A DNA stretch of 64,000 nucleotides from Eledone cirrhosa (GCA_964016885.1 OZ024743.1:359972001-360036000); one strand, 5' to 3'; numbered from the stretch's first letter, positions 13,416 to 27,549 are shown. A program made the numbers and translations. Notes: generated from the letters alone by a model not told the origin.

Positions 13416-15459
13416 TGAGAGTGAGCGAGAGAAATAGAGAGAAAGAGAGAGAGAGAGGGGAGGAGGAGAGAGAGAGTCTGCGGTGCTGACACTGAAGAGA
13501 CCACAAATCATGGGAGCATTCAATGCATGCGGAGATGCAGAATGGCTATAAAGATATATATAATCCTTACTGCTGCGCCATGAGGGTTTGGCTTGTATAG
13601 AAACTGCTTTGCGCCGCCCTCGAGATTATACTTATCTCTCTCTGTCTATATATATCTATATACATATATATCTTATGAAGTATCAAAGCACTGAACTTTC
13701 AGACTCTGGTGCCTTCGTTGTTATCACAGGTACACCACCCTGCCACTAGAGGGTACTATGTTTTTCATTGATATTTACTCTTCTAATAAATAAGGTTTAA
13801 CCTGACACTTACGTTTCAGTCTATCTGGCATAGCTGGACTCACTAGAAGTTAGACTAAAAACATTACACATGTCACTATGTCACTCCACCACAACAATGT
13901 ACTTAACCATATACATGCAATATTTTGTCGCAGTTAACTTACATGAGTTTTTCCGCCTTTTTGCTGGTTCATGATATTCATCCAACAGGTTGTCCAAAAA
14001 TTACCCTCCTCACCTTGGTGAGGTTGCCGATTTAATCGACGTCAACCCGGTTGCACTGGTTTCCATGTTAGCAGTAGCTCTTTATTCTATTTTGAAAGCA
14101 GCTGTATATAACGCTATGGCGGCGTTGAAACTTTTCTGGAAATCATTTGAATCATTTTGGAAAATATGTCTGTCAATCCTGGATAATGGCGTCCGGTATT
14201 GAATTGACGTTGTTTCTATTTACCTCACAATATTTTCAAAGCAACTGCGTATCACGCTATATCCAGTAATTAAATAACATTTCTTCAAATCCTAGCAGTT
14301 CCCTTGCACTATTTATGAGCTATGTCGATAACATGTTAAGTACTTTTTTCTGGAGGGTGAATGCGTTTGGAAGTTTGTGTAAGACATATTGGTAGGATAT
14401 TTTCGAGCTTTATCCTCAGCGATGAATGTTTACGTTTCTCTGTATAAAATTTCATCTTAAAGAAGGCAAACCACATAATCTTCTGAAAGGGATCGTTCGC
14501 AAAGAATTACAGTTTGTTAGAATTAGCAACTAATACGGTATTAATGCAGAGAAGAATGAGAGCTATAGATAACTGGCATTTTTGTTATACTAGTATTGTT
14601 AGAATGGAGATCGGGGAAAAGTCCTCATCAGATGGGAATTGCTTTATAAATACCTGGGATTCAAGATAGATATTTCCCTTTGAAAATATAACTTTGATTT
14701 TTCGGTGAAAGGGCTTTGTACGTAGATGAATTGTTTGACATCAAATACCCTCTAGGCTTTGATCTGAAATCTGAATGTCGTAATGATAATCCAATATTTA
14801 GTTGTTTCTCAGATGGTTACCTTGAAACTATCATATTTCTCTTTACATTTTGATATCCGCATAATCAATAACATGTGTATGGTTAGTATATAATGCAAGA
14901 GAGCAAGATATCAGACACTTTATGCAATACACTGATATAGCTGTTAGTGGATCATTGTAGATTCATCTGAAATAATTCGAAGCCACAACAAGAAAAGACT
15001 AGGTGAACGGCAGCATACGTAACAGCTGAGAAAAATTATGGAAGCATCTGTTATAAAAAATCAATAATTTTAGGCACCTGAAGTCAAAGGTATCTAATAT
15101 CAAAGATTTCATACTACATTACATACTGAAGTGGGTGGATATAATTAACAATTCAATAAATACACAGAATGTAAAAGTTATTGAATACATTACATAGACA
15201 TATATTAATATACATAATTTTGGGATCAAATAACTGAAAGAAGTCATTATCAATTCATCGGTCTTATGTATTGTACGATGTTATTTTTCATGTCATACAT
15301 CATCAATAACGTTTGACTGTAGTAGCAGACAGCTAGAAATATATTTCATCTTTTGTAGCTGTCATAATTTGTGTGGTCCGTGGTCGGGAGATAAGTTCTA
15401 GTCATCAGTGGTATTTCAATTTCTAGGCAGAGTTTGAACTTAGGAAAAATATAGGAATG

Positions 15460-16345
15460 GCTATAGCAAAGTATCGCTTACACTGCTGATAATGCGAATG
15501 GAAGATTTGCATTCTATTACTAATAGTTACCAACCAGAGTTCTGTGTCTAGTACGGGTAATTTATGATTGGGGTGACTAGTTGGGTAGTCTATAGTAACT
15601 TTAATACTCTGATGGCTGGAGTTAGCTATTTGCTGGATACTTTCCATGGTGCTTTTCTCTATTCCCTAACTGTTCTCCTGTGGGGGAGTTTTACTACGAT
15701 GTATATGTCATCTACGTAGCGGGAGTACATAGTCAGGGTTATAAAATTGTCCTCTAAATGTTCCTTAAGACTTCTATCTCACCACACCATATAAAATTAG
15801 CCATTTCACCTGCAATGCTAATGCCAATGACTTTCCCCGTCTTCTTGGGCACATGTTTTGCCATTAAACCTGAAGACATGTTCCTTAAGGATTAGTTATA
15901 TACTGGTCCCCACCGCATGTGCGAAAATTAAACAGAAAACGAGTGGAAGAGCAGCACCGCAACTAGTAATTAAGGACAAAATGGAGACACACAGACACAC
16001 ACAAAACAAATCAGACACACATATAGAACAAACAACCAACTAATGACAAGTAAATACACACAAAAAAATAAATAAACACACACACGCGGATGTAACGCAG
16101 GCGGAAACTAAGTACACAACAATCAACACAAAAACAAGATGGACAGAACAAAAGAGAGACACAAAATAAAAGCACAGTGACTGAGGAGGTCACACAATGT
16201 GTGACAAAAGAGCTTTGACAATATATAAACATCCATCCAGTTATCAAACCAACCAACCAACCAGAAACTTATAATAAATCGAAGTGAAACCAACAAATCC
16301 GTGTGTTTTTATTGGCAGCATGACCCTCCCAAAGTATAACAATAT
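15460..16345 (-). mobile_element. Penelope-like element fragment (RT core resembling the Naiad group) plus terminal sequence
   Basis: Minus-strand translation with frameshifts: HVFRFNGKTCAQEDG..IGISIAGEMANF, YMVW.DR, MYSRYVDDIY, TIDYPTSHPNHKLPVLDTELW. Clade assignment is from recalled motifs. Confidence 0.7.
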
Positions 16346-16392
16346 ATATATATATATATATACACGGGTGTGTATGATTGTGTATAGAAGAT

Positions 16393-16760
16393 TATATTAA
16401 TAAGAGGAATTCCAACTTTGTCTGATTTACTCGTTTTATTTACAATCCTTTAAAATTTATAATGGTATTATAATGAAATAGTATGATAGAATATTAAATT
16501 CTAAGTGTTAATTGAACAAGTACTTTTATGCTTTCGCAATCTTCAGGTTCATAATAAGTGGTGACAGTCAAGTTTGGAAAATTGCAAACTTGACTGTCAC
16601 CACTTATTATGAACCTGAAGATTGCGAAAGCATGAAAGTACTTGTTCAATTAACACTTAGAATTAAATATTCTACCATACTATTTCATTATAATACCATT
16701 ATAAATTTTAAAGGATTGTAAATAAAACGAGTAAATCAGACAAAGTTGGAATTCCTCTTA

Positions 16761-16768
<8 letters not shown>
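16393..16768. repeat. Near-perfect fold-back, 184-bp arms with an 8-nt loop
   Basis: 16393-16576 versus the reverse complement of 16585-16768 shows 3 mismatches by eye; followed by (TA)n. Confidence 0.95.
16610..16648 (+). ncRNA. Candidate minimal hammerhead ribozyme
   Basis: TGAAC-CTGAAGA-T-TGC(GAAA)GCA-T-GAAA-GTAC-T-T-GTTCA: stem I TGAAC/GTTCA, GNRA-capped stem II, palindromic AGTACT stem III. Confidence 0.6.
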
Positions 16769-16797
<29 letters not shown>

Positions 16798-17029
16798 TAA
16801 AATTTTTTTAAATGTTCTACACGAGTAAATATATAAAGAAATGAAATTGAAAATGCAGCTAGAGTCTTTTAAGTATATTTATTTTATTCACCAATTTTAC
16901 AGTTCTTATGTGTTTCTGTTGTGGTTTGTCTCATATATATGTACATCTTGCCCACACGAAGTCGGCTTCCTCGCTGATTAACGAAAGTGTGCATTCTGGT
17001 CAGCTGGGTTCGTAGAAAACGTAGAACCG

Positions 17030-17870
17030 CGATCTACGGAACTTGTTGCAGAAAGTTCTCCAAGTGTCTTGATTGTATGTGCAGCTTTTCTTTTACTTAA
17101 ATTCTTTATACGAATCACCTACCATTTTTGTTCGCATAAATGGAGCTAAGTCGGAACCAATCAATGTGGATGTCGAACTGTGCCCAGTGTACTTACTGTC
17201 ACATTTACTGTCCATAATCTTCATGAACAGGATTAAAATGAGCAGCCAGCTTGGAAGTATCATTAAGACTGGAATTTTCAGGTGACATGGTACTGCGTAA
17301 CTCACCGGAAGATGAATTGCGAATTATCCTGAATATGTTTTTCTGCCGAGTTCTGCACGACAGGAATAAAAGGCAGGGAAGCGAAGGCCGAAATATTCGT
17401 CTTTTCAAGGTAAGCCTGTGGACTATGAGTGAAATTTCACTGACGCAGTGGAGAAATTCAAGTATCTTTGATCTGTTTCGACGAGTGATGGACGGCAGGG
17501 AGTTGAATTGAATGATAGAATTCCAAGAGCTAGTGGACTAATGCAGCAACTTCAGCAGTTGTACACCAGAAAACAGGAGGTAAGTAATCCACAATCGCTA
17601 TCTTTTATATGCTGATAGTACCTACCCTTAACTATTGTCATAAAACTTCGGTAATGTCCAACAGAATACTGTTCCGAATGTCATCCGCTGAAATGGGTGT
17701 TTGGGGTAACGTTACTCGATGGGGTGCGTAGGCTGGAGATCAGGGTGTCGCTACAGGTAGAGATGCTATTTCTCCGATATGATGAATTTGTTTTAAGAAT
17801 GTCTCAGGAAAGAATGCCTGGACAAATTTTAAGGGAAAGCGAACCGGCAAGAGATCCAGATATATATCAC
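17030..17870 (+). mobile_element. Decayed RTE (Expander-like) LINE, RT C-terminal half
   Basis: VRINGAKSEPINVDV...LLSHLLSIIFMNRI, KFKYL, GVTLLDGVRRLEIR, VLRMSQERMPGQIL. Confidence 0.8.
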
Positions 17871-18352
17871 GAGCTTAAAGGTGAATGTGTGTGGGTCTGT
17901 GTGTCTCCGTGAGTGGTATTATGCATTGCGACACGGAATCGTCGATAAAATATGTACCACATTTGGAAAATAATTACTGGTATTGATATGAATGACTACA
18001 GCTAGTAAACGAATTATAGGAAAATGCTACAGCCGTTGTGAAACAATACGAATGTAGTTTCAAAATAGAGATAATAAAGCAGCAGATCCTGTATGCTATT
18101 ATTCTCTATGGCAGGTGAGATCTCAGACAAACGTTCACAAAGTATTAAGTATATGATGAGTACATCAATACTTTTCATAACAGAAAGGAAAGATCTTTCA
18201 GAATCCTGATATCGAATCTTATTTCCTGACCCTGGTAAAAGTATCAAATGCCTTTAAGCACATATATTATAAACATCTGAATCATTGATATAAAATTATT
18301 TCATGCATTTCTGGAAAGGAAATGGTCATTGTGAATGAACATTATATATGAA

Positions 18353-18830
<478 letters not shown>

Positions 18831-20241
18831 ATAATAATCTAATCATCCAGTGCTTCAAATGTTAATTCGGAATATATTCTTGTATTCATTGTTTTTAATA
18901 TTGAAAATTCAGATTCAATATACTCGGATTCGAGAATTCATCACGTTTATCATGGAATAGTTTCCAATATGCCTAAATCGAAATGGCTTCGTTTATCGAC
19001 GTTTCTGTATGCATAAATAATTTCATTGCTCTTCATTAAATTTCCGATTCTTTATGGATTCTTCATGCAGTATAAATCCGTGCTTCTTCACGAAACTTTC
19101 TTAGATTTCTTTTCGATTGTTGTGGGGATACGTGTGTTGTTTTAAATCTTACATTCATATATTCCAATATCATTTGCATTTAATTATTTCACTAAAATGA
19201 GCGCTACATGTGAGGCATATTAGTGATGTTTTTTATTCATAGTCGAAGCTATTTTGAAATAATCTTTTATGGAACGAATGAAAACCATATCCTTTGATTT
19301 GAGATATAGTAGAATTGTAATAATAAACATTTAATTTAGTTGGTGGGAATATAATATACAAATAGCCGTGCTATTTGTATATTAGAACACATCATATAAT
19401 CATCACTCGTCCCCAAAGACCTAATGGATTTCTGTGGGTTTATGTACATATATTCTACTTCTAATAAAATGTGGTTTAATAAATAAACTTGCAAACTGGT
19501 GACAGACAACCATGATATTATTGTATGTTCTGATTAATATCACTGACTAATCCTTATATGATTACTAAGTGAATCTGAATTCTTGATTTGTGCAGTGTTA
19601 TTTATGGCTGCGCGAATCGTGCACAATACCACATGTCTCATAAACACAAACCCCGAGGCGAATGAAGACATTATGCATTATATAAACCTAATGAGAATTT
19701 GCAGCAACCGTATTGTTTATAGGCGTCAAGTTCCAATTCCTGTAACATATTCCACATGACAACTAAATTAGGAGAAAAATTGATAACATGGTGCTGTGAT
19801 ATATTCAGTGTGGCAATCGAATAACAAAACACCTACAATTATAAACAAATCAATGCTATTCTCATATGTTCTAATAACTTGCCAAACCACACCAATTGTG
19901 CAACTATTATATAAACAATAGCTGCAATAAATATCCGAAACTATGGTATTAAGATAGTATTCACAGGGGAACAAGCGTGTATTGAGAAATAATCCATTAT
20001 GTTTAAAATTTATTGCGACAGGAATGGATTAATATTTCGGTCAAGTAGGTATGATTATGGTGGCGATATTGACTACGATAAAGAAAAGTATGACAATAAC
20101 AAGAACAATTGAGATATACTAGATAAAATTCAAGTAATTGCTGTGTCTTTTTCTGTCATTTCCTATATGTTCATTGTCAACTTCAAAATACAATTATATT
20201 ATGACATTGAGTGAATAATATAACATACAATTATCTATACG

Positions 20242-20326
<85 letters not shown>

Positions 20327-20439
20327 TGAAAATAATAAAACGTGTACGTGTATGTATATGTAGTATATATATATATATATGTACACTTGCATAGACACAC
20401 ACATACTTATAACTTATATACATGCGTACTTACTTACAA

Positions 20440-20810
20440 ATAGGGCGGAATATGTTGATATTGTTGGCTCAAGGGAATACTGGTGGAACCTAAAATTACA
20501 AGTGCTACCATATTAAAGCACAACAATCCTGATATTGTAGTTAGGGACCACATTAAAAACATGCTCTGTTGTAGAAGCCAGCAGCCCACTTCATGTCAAT
20601 GAAGTAAAATGCAATTTTTTTCAGATCTAGTATGCAAAATAGACATTCAGCTTCGTACCCGTTATTGATGGAGGTAAAAGATATATAAATTGGAGCAATG
20701 TATGACTGAAATTAGATTTATAGGGATAGACAGTAGCTCCAGGATTCATAAGCTACAAATAGTCGCGATGTCTAGAACCTTTTATATTTGTAAAGCATTC
20801 GTAGAAATCA
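20440..20810 (+). mobile_element. R4/Dong-like LINE 3' fragment (restriction-like endonuclease domain)
   Basis: ILKHNNPDIVVRD...FVPVI translation matches the H.RPD..V and VPV..G pattern of REL domains. Confidence 0.6.
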
Positions 20811-21033
20811 AAGGATGAACGCTTAGACCAGAGATGACGACAATTTCCTTTTCTTTATATCCGTGTCACCGAGAAGGTGGCCGACCAAAAGAAAACTAAT
20901 AATTAAGAGAAAGAGCGAACATTCATATATTGCTTCAGATTTAATTACTTATGCAAAATTATTTCAAGTCAGTGTGGTTGTATTATATCGCATATGCATA
21001 TAGGCCTGACGTTTTTAAACAGTGAATATTATA

Positions 21034-21427
21034 CGAGGGTAATCCCAAAAGTAAGGTCTCCAAAGCGATGGAAACGCAGAGAAACTGTTTGTACGGCTGT
21101 TGACAACACTGTTGTGATTGGTGCTTCCTTCACTCCCAAATAAGCATACGCACGCTTCGCTGGGATGCTCAATCTTGGCTTGGCAGCCGTTGAAAATGAA
21201 GCTCCCGTTGAAAGCTACGGCCAAGTGCGAATTTTGCGCAGTTATTATATACGAGGGCAATCCCCAAAATAAGGTCTCCTTCCGAGGAAAACATGCGTAA
21301 AGATCGGCGGATCACTCTGGATGCTCTCTGCATTTTGGTTCCTGAAGTTTCCCGAAGCACCATCCACAGGATTTTAACGGAAAAGTTGCAATATCGGAAG
21401 GAGACCTGACTTTTGGGATTGCCCTCC
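21034..21427 (+). mobile_element. Mariner-derived non-autonomous elements (two 5' TIRs, one 3' TIR)
   Basis: TA-CGAGGGTAATCCCAAAAGTAAGGTCTCC at 21034, a variant at 21252, and the reverse-complement TIR at 21400-21427 followed by TA. Transposase remnants AKCEFCAVI and MRKDRRITLDAL..VSRSTIHRILTEKLQYRK. Confidence 0.85.
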
Positions 21428-22132
21428 TAGATATATACATACATGTTGATGGCTACTTCTTGTTAGAGAAGTGCCATTCCTTCATTGGACACTGCACGAT
21501 CACGTTCACGCAGGTGACGTTTCAAACCCGCTTTGTTTTTCAGGTAATTTCATAGATGTGACACTTGAATTTGTCTGTTTCCTGGTAAAATGGGCTGGAG
21601 TGTGTCTTCATGCATTTTACCATGCCTGGATTGCAAATTAAGCCACATTCACTGCAAATGTATATTAGAAGAAATCGGGTATATACATTGCACCTCAATT
21701 CCTGGTGATATTTTCCAGGCATTGCACTTGTAGTCCCGCAAACGAAGTGAACGGTTCAAAACAAAGACATCATAACCATAATTGATGATCTCTCTCCATG
21801 ATATACGGCCTTCAGGCAGTCTCTCCCAGGTTTCCGTAAATCTTCAGAGCTTTAAGATTGTCTTTTATGACATCTTTAAACCGCTTCTTTGGTATATGCT
21901 GTGCCTCTTCTTTGGTCAGCCCCATAAAATACATACATACACGTTCATATATATATCTACACCCACCTATACATATAAATAGAGATAAAATATATAGCCC
22001 ATGAACATAAGTTCATACGCAAATATATATATATATATATATATCGAGCTGTCCGCCGGCGAAACACTTGTAACACACAATGAATTGAGTTCAAATGCAT
22101 CACTGATTTTTCGTTTTCTATTATATATATAT

Positions 22133-22272
22133 AATTGTTTCTACTTTAGGCACAAGGCCAGCAATTACCCAGTGCATTACTGGTACTTTATTTTATCGAC
22201 CCCGCAAGGATGAAAGGCAAAGTCAACCTCGGCGGGATTTGAACTCAGATCGTAAAGGGACGTAACTATGCT
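22133..22272 (-). mobile_element. 5'-truncated tRNA-SINE
   Basis: Near-identical to the 2049-2190 copy. Confidence 0.9.
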
Positions 22273-22741
22273 ATAATGACATTAATAAAGATGCTGATAT
22301 TACATAACTCGTATATTCATTATAATTATTTCAACGGTTCGCCCATGCAATCAATATGTGATTCATGCATTTGTTGTTTTTGTGATATGCAGCCGGTAGA
22401 ATAAAAAAAAATGTCCCTTTTCTTGTTCGTCTAGCAGACATATGAGTTCCTGAAAGGGTCTTCCAGCCGTCATATTTATTGGAGTAAAGTTCTATCCATG
22501 TGTCAATTAGCGAAATCAGGATTCACGCATCCTCCACGGAATTTGGGTCATAAATCAGCAAAGAGGTAATCCCTCAAGTATGATGTGTTGTTCTGTATCA
22601 AACAATAGTCTATGCGTAGCCAGAATCCAGCAGATAGTGGAAGCAATAAACGGAACACTGAGGGAGGGTGAGGTATATATTTTGTTGACAGCTACATTCA
22701 ACACAACAGCTACAACAGCAACGACAACAACAGCAAACACC

Positions 22742-23262
22742 AACCAACGTCGCTTACTCTGGCCGCAGTAGTCGTAGTGATAGTAATACGCAGCTAACAA
22801 CAACTACAACAACAAACGACGACGACAACTACAACAGCAATAAAGGGAACTCTGAGGTAGGGCGATATACACGCTTGATTGCACTTATTTAAAGCGACCT
22901 GCACCACCAGGCCTTTTTGTTGCCGTCGTCACCGTGATGGGTTCATTACTTGTGTTGTTGTTGTTGCTGTTAGTGTTGCCGTTGCCTGGCCCTCGGGTAG
23001 AGACGTACACACTGCCATTAGCTGGGTAATAATATCACTACTACTGTGACGACCAATTTGGGTGATGGTTGGTGTTGTTGCTGTTGCCGTTGTTGTTGTC
23101 GCTGTTGGCTTCAGGATGGATGCCATCAAGTGTGTATATCGCCCTACCTCAGTTCCGTTTATTGGTGTTGTTGTTGTTGGCGTCGTTTGTTGTTATCGTT
23201 GTTGTTGTTAGCTGGGTAATACTATCACTACGACTGCAACGGCCAGTGTAGCCGACGTTAGT
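22742..23262. repeat. Imperfect inverted repeat with (CAA)n-rich arms (~22742-22879 / 23126-23262)
   Basis: TGAGGTAGGGCGATATACAC.CTTGAT and GTCGTAGTGATAGTA...CAGCTAACAAC are mirrored on the other side. Confidence 0.8.
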
Positions 23263-23279
23263 CGGTGATTGCTGCTGCT

Positions 23280-26200
23280 TTCCCATATCTTGCTTTGTAA
23301 TTATATCGAATTTATTGGCCTTGATCTTTCTGTCAGTGTTCACAAGAAACTCATCGGATTGCCACATTATCATGTTACTGCATCTGGATGATGCTTATAC
23401 TATTTTCCCTGTCTTTATGTCCTAAACCCTAGATATTACCTAGTGTACATATTGACCTACTCTATCATGTCTAGTTTTACATTCCTAGATAGTAATGACT
23501 TGCAGCCTGAAACCAGGTGGTCAATGGACTCCAACTGCTCATTGCAAAATCAATGTATTTGGTCAGTTTCATTTATAATCTCATTGGTCTAAATGTTGCC
23601 TGTTGAAAGACACTGGTCTTATGCAGCCAAAATGAAGCCCTCACCGACTGTTGTTAGCCCAGAGCTCCGCAAATACAGATGAGTAAGAGTTTGACTACAT
23701 CTTTGCTCCGATTTAGCGTAGTTTCCGTTCACTATTTTTTGTGATGTTACTTTTGATGTTACTTGCAGAATCGCCATACTTTTGATAATTTTCTTTATGT
23801 ATTCCTAAAACCCCTGCAAACCTCCCACTTTCCTTCGTGATTGAATATAAATGCGTCTTCCTTTCATCTTCTGCTATCTTTTTCATTGTCTTGTCATCTG
23901 TAGTATTAAAGTAATTTTCCAGTCCAATTGTCGATATTTTGCATGGCAGTTCAGGTTGCATCATACCTACAACTCCAATCTACCTTTGGGATATATACTT
24001 CATTGCAGTTAAGAATTGTCCTGATTTTAGTGTCCATTTCCGTTACCTCATTAATCTTCCAATTCTTGATGCTGAAACTATATGATAAATGGGAGTACAA
24101 GAACGTTTATAGCAGAATTTTATTCGTTGAGTTAAGCACAGTTTTCACGACAGCACTTACCCACCGAGAGCATTCCAGCCCGATTTTTTCCCTCACGCTG
24201 GCGCAATGAATAACTTGGCCTTCATTGATCTCTAAATACCTATCCCTTCCTACTCGAGCACCATTATTGCATCCACATATAGTTTAATTGAGTTTGTGCT
24301 TTTCTTTCAGCCTTCCTTGGATGTTGCTATCATGCTGTTTTCAAGTTCAAACTCCGTCCCTACATCATCGCTACACACCTTATCTGTCATTAACAATACT
24401 TTCTGCAAGCTGTCATTTTTATCATGTATTTACACACCATCCAATTAAAACAGATGATTTATGGCTTTGCCGTCTACTTTATAGCGACATTGTGTTTTGT
24501 TGATCTCTAGAGTCAAATGTATGAATGCAATGCAAAAACTAAGAACAGAAAATGAATCACCTTCCGAAATGCCACAGTTAATACTTATGCTGCTGGAATT
24601 CATAGTTCCATGAGTTTGTGACTAATAGAATTGTATTCCTTAGAAATATGTGTTTCAGGAAGTTTGATATTCCTGGAGTAATTTTCAGAACATCTACTTT
24701 TAGAGACTTTTTGTAAGGAACACTATCAAAGGCAATACCGAAACCTCTGCTTTTTATACATTTTCCAGAATCACTCAGTTAATTAGAGACACGTTTTTTC
24801 CAGCCGTAAGACGCATGGTGACAACCTTTCAGCTCAACAGGGAAAACAGGACTTTGGTCCATAAATTTATAGATTGTCTTAGTCAAAGTTCAGTTGAGAA
24901 TTTTTTAATGATGTGGAAAGGCACATGACAGACAATAATTGTTTCTACTTTAGGCACAAGGCCAGCAAATTACCCAGTGCATTACTGGTACTTTATTTTA
25001 TCGACCCCGTAAGGATGAAAGGCAAAGTCAACCTCGGCGGGATTTGAACTCAGATCGTAAAGGGACGTAACTATGCTGGAAAGCATGGCGTCCGACCTTC
25101 TACCGACAATAATGTTTTAGAATATGTGTTTCTATCGATTTTGGCAAGAGAGATGAGCAGAACAACCAGAGGTTTTCTCAGGGTTGTCATGATTTCGTTA
25201 TAACATTTTACCAACGCCAGAGAAGATATCCAAGTCTGCCTTCCTAAATTTTTGAATGTTTCTTCCATGTTCTTTATCCATTCTGCATTCTCATTATGAA
25301 ATGTTCCTGTATTCTATACTGATTTCGAATATTCTTCAATCTCATGAATCAGATGAGGTTCTATTACTTGAATTGTCTGTAAAACCTTTTTTCATCTATC
25401 ATAAACAGCTTATTTTGACTGTAAAACCTGTTCCATGTTTCAAATATGATTCCTTGAGCTTTCAGCAGTACCTTTCTTTTTCATAGTTTCTTTGAATGAT
25501 GGATAATCAGGTTTTGAAATGTCTTTGTATTTTTTTAATCACTTTCCACCATTATCTTCGAGGATTTCCTAGCATATGTTTTATACAAGTTCGATATATC
25601 TCCCCTCATCATTTCCACTTTGTTTTCAATGTTAGGATGGTTTTTGCGGGTGTTGGGTCCTTTTCGAATTTTGCTTGACATACATTTACTTTCTATTTTC
25701 GTTGCTGCAACATAAATAAGTTCATTCAATTCTGATATTTCAGGCTCCATACCTTCAATTATTGCTTTAAGAGCCTGATTTCAAATTCTTATGTGTCTTT
25801 TATTCTAATTGTTGTTTGTTAATTTTGTAAGAACTCACTTTCACCCATACTAATGTTTAATGTTCCAAGTTCATTGAGAATTTGTTGTTTCGTCTGTTCT
25901 ATCTGACTTTTAAGATTATAAGTAAAACTCCGCTCATCCATATTCTCAATATGTCTTTCAACTAGTCTTTGCTCTGTTGTATTTCTGATATATCAAGTTT
26001 TGTGAAATTTCTTCTGATTAATCTTCTGATATATATCAATATTCAGGACGTTCTGGTGTTGATATTCTCAAATACTTTTCAACTTACTTCTTAATTTTAT
26101 TTACCTTTGCATTTGTAAGTCGCTTCTTCTTATATTTACAAGTTGGTTTACATACATGTTTGATTTCATTGGTGGATTTCTTTCCTTCCATACCTTAAAC

Positions 26201-26330
26201 GAATTTACTGTGTGATATGATTCAGGCAGTTTTCAAATGAAAGATAGAATGCATATATCACTTCTTTATACTTTTCTCAGGTCTATTTAAAATTTAGATG
26301 TTTGCCTTCCTTGTGGTGTTAAACCGTGAA
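23280..26330 (-). mobile_element. Decayed R4/Dong-like LINE
   Basis: Minus-strand pieces: INCGISEGDSFS (RT motif B'), INHLFLMD (motif C region), QPELPCKISTIGLENYFNTTDD, and an N-terminal YKEVIYAFY region. Confidence 0.75.
24938..25108 (-). mobile_element. tRNA-SINE inserted in the Dong-like LINE
   Basis: Family sequence flanked by GACAATAAT at 24931 and 25105 (probable TSD). Confidence 0.9.
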
Positions 26331-26579
26331 GGCTTCGGCTGAGATTACTCTTGTTCAAGTGGCCATCAAGGCCAAGTTGAGAGAACATTTTGTTTCAGTT
26401 GCAGACTTCGCGATACCAGGCTTATTCTTCCCTGACGGATGCGACTTGTTGACTTGGACAACGACTGATTCGGTGTGTGGTTTTGTCTGTAGATATAAAG
26501 CCAACAGTCCTGGATCACCTCAGATACTAGTAATTCCAATTAACACACTTTTCAGATGAAGTTACAATAATCCCCTATT

Positions 26580-27250
26580 TTGGAATATCTTTCATCTCAT
26601 CTTCGAGTTACTGCAAATCATCCAGCTATGTTATTATGCAAAACCTGTTTACTCCAAACTTCATTCCGAAATATATTTACTACTTTTTTGTCATGGGACA
26701 TGTTAAATGATTTTCTCCATTCATTTCTTGGTAGAAGTTATTGCAAGACATATAATTTGGCAAAACCCTCTAATCCACTTGGCATATCTCCTAATCTTTA
26801 CGTATTTTCCTTTGATTCTTTTCTTTGGTTCATTAATAACTTCCTGTACCATCTTTGGTTCAGGCGGTATTTCTTCTGGAAGATATATCTAAATCAAATG
26901 TTTATCTTAATCATTGTCTTTTATAATTTAAAACTAATAATGTCATCCCTTAACTGGTCAAGATGTTATTGCAACTGTCCCTTTAGCCATTTGTCACGAT
27001 TTCTTCATACCAGGTATTTCTGTGTCGACCACTGCTGCAGCATGCATCAGGTTATTCACCTTGGTGGTATCAGTACCAAGAAAATGGTCTAATTTTAACT
27101 ATGTGGACTTCCACTAAACGTTTCTTTCTCATAATCTTTCTAATTGATTGTAATGACTCTCATTCCTTTGACTGAATTATATTATGAACTCTTCTTGCCA
27201 TTGTAAGCTCCTCAGTTGATTGGTTGTCAACTGCATCATTGTGATGAGGT
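26580..27250 (-). mobile_element. R4/Dong-like LINE N-terminal fragment
   Basis: Translation YIFQKKYRL...QEVINE.KKRIK.K..KIRRY resembles the region upstream of RT in this clade. Confidence 0.45.
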
Positions 27251-27549
27251 AAGGATCTTCTATTATCAAATTTTCTGATCCAGTTAGTTAGTTTGTGTTT
27301 TCAACCCCTTCATCGTCATTTGTAGTGAACACTAGCTGGCCAAGTTCGTGTAATAAGGGCTAATGGAGGAATAAGTGAGATGGAAATATAGAAGGAGTGT
27401 TGAGAGATTAAGCTGAAAATGGAAGCTGGAGTAAATCGGGCAAATGAGTCTGTAGAAAGCGGATTGAACAAAGCAAATGATCCAGTAGAAAAAAAGATTC
27501 AAGTGGTACGGAGACTTGAGGAGGTAAGCGAAGTGTTGAGATATATAAC

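Noticed and set aside
14600-14640. CTGATGAGG on the minus strand as a hammerhead
   Set aside because: No correctly placed GAAA or closing stems.
21540-21722. Cys-rich ORF (ICSECGLIC) as a zinc-finger gene exon
   Set aside because: Spacing is broken; more likely a decayed LINE 3' zinc finger, and it cannot be supported.
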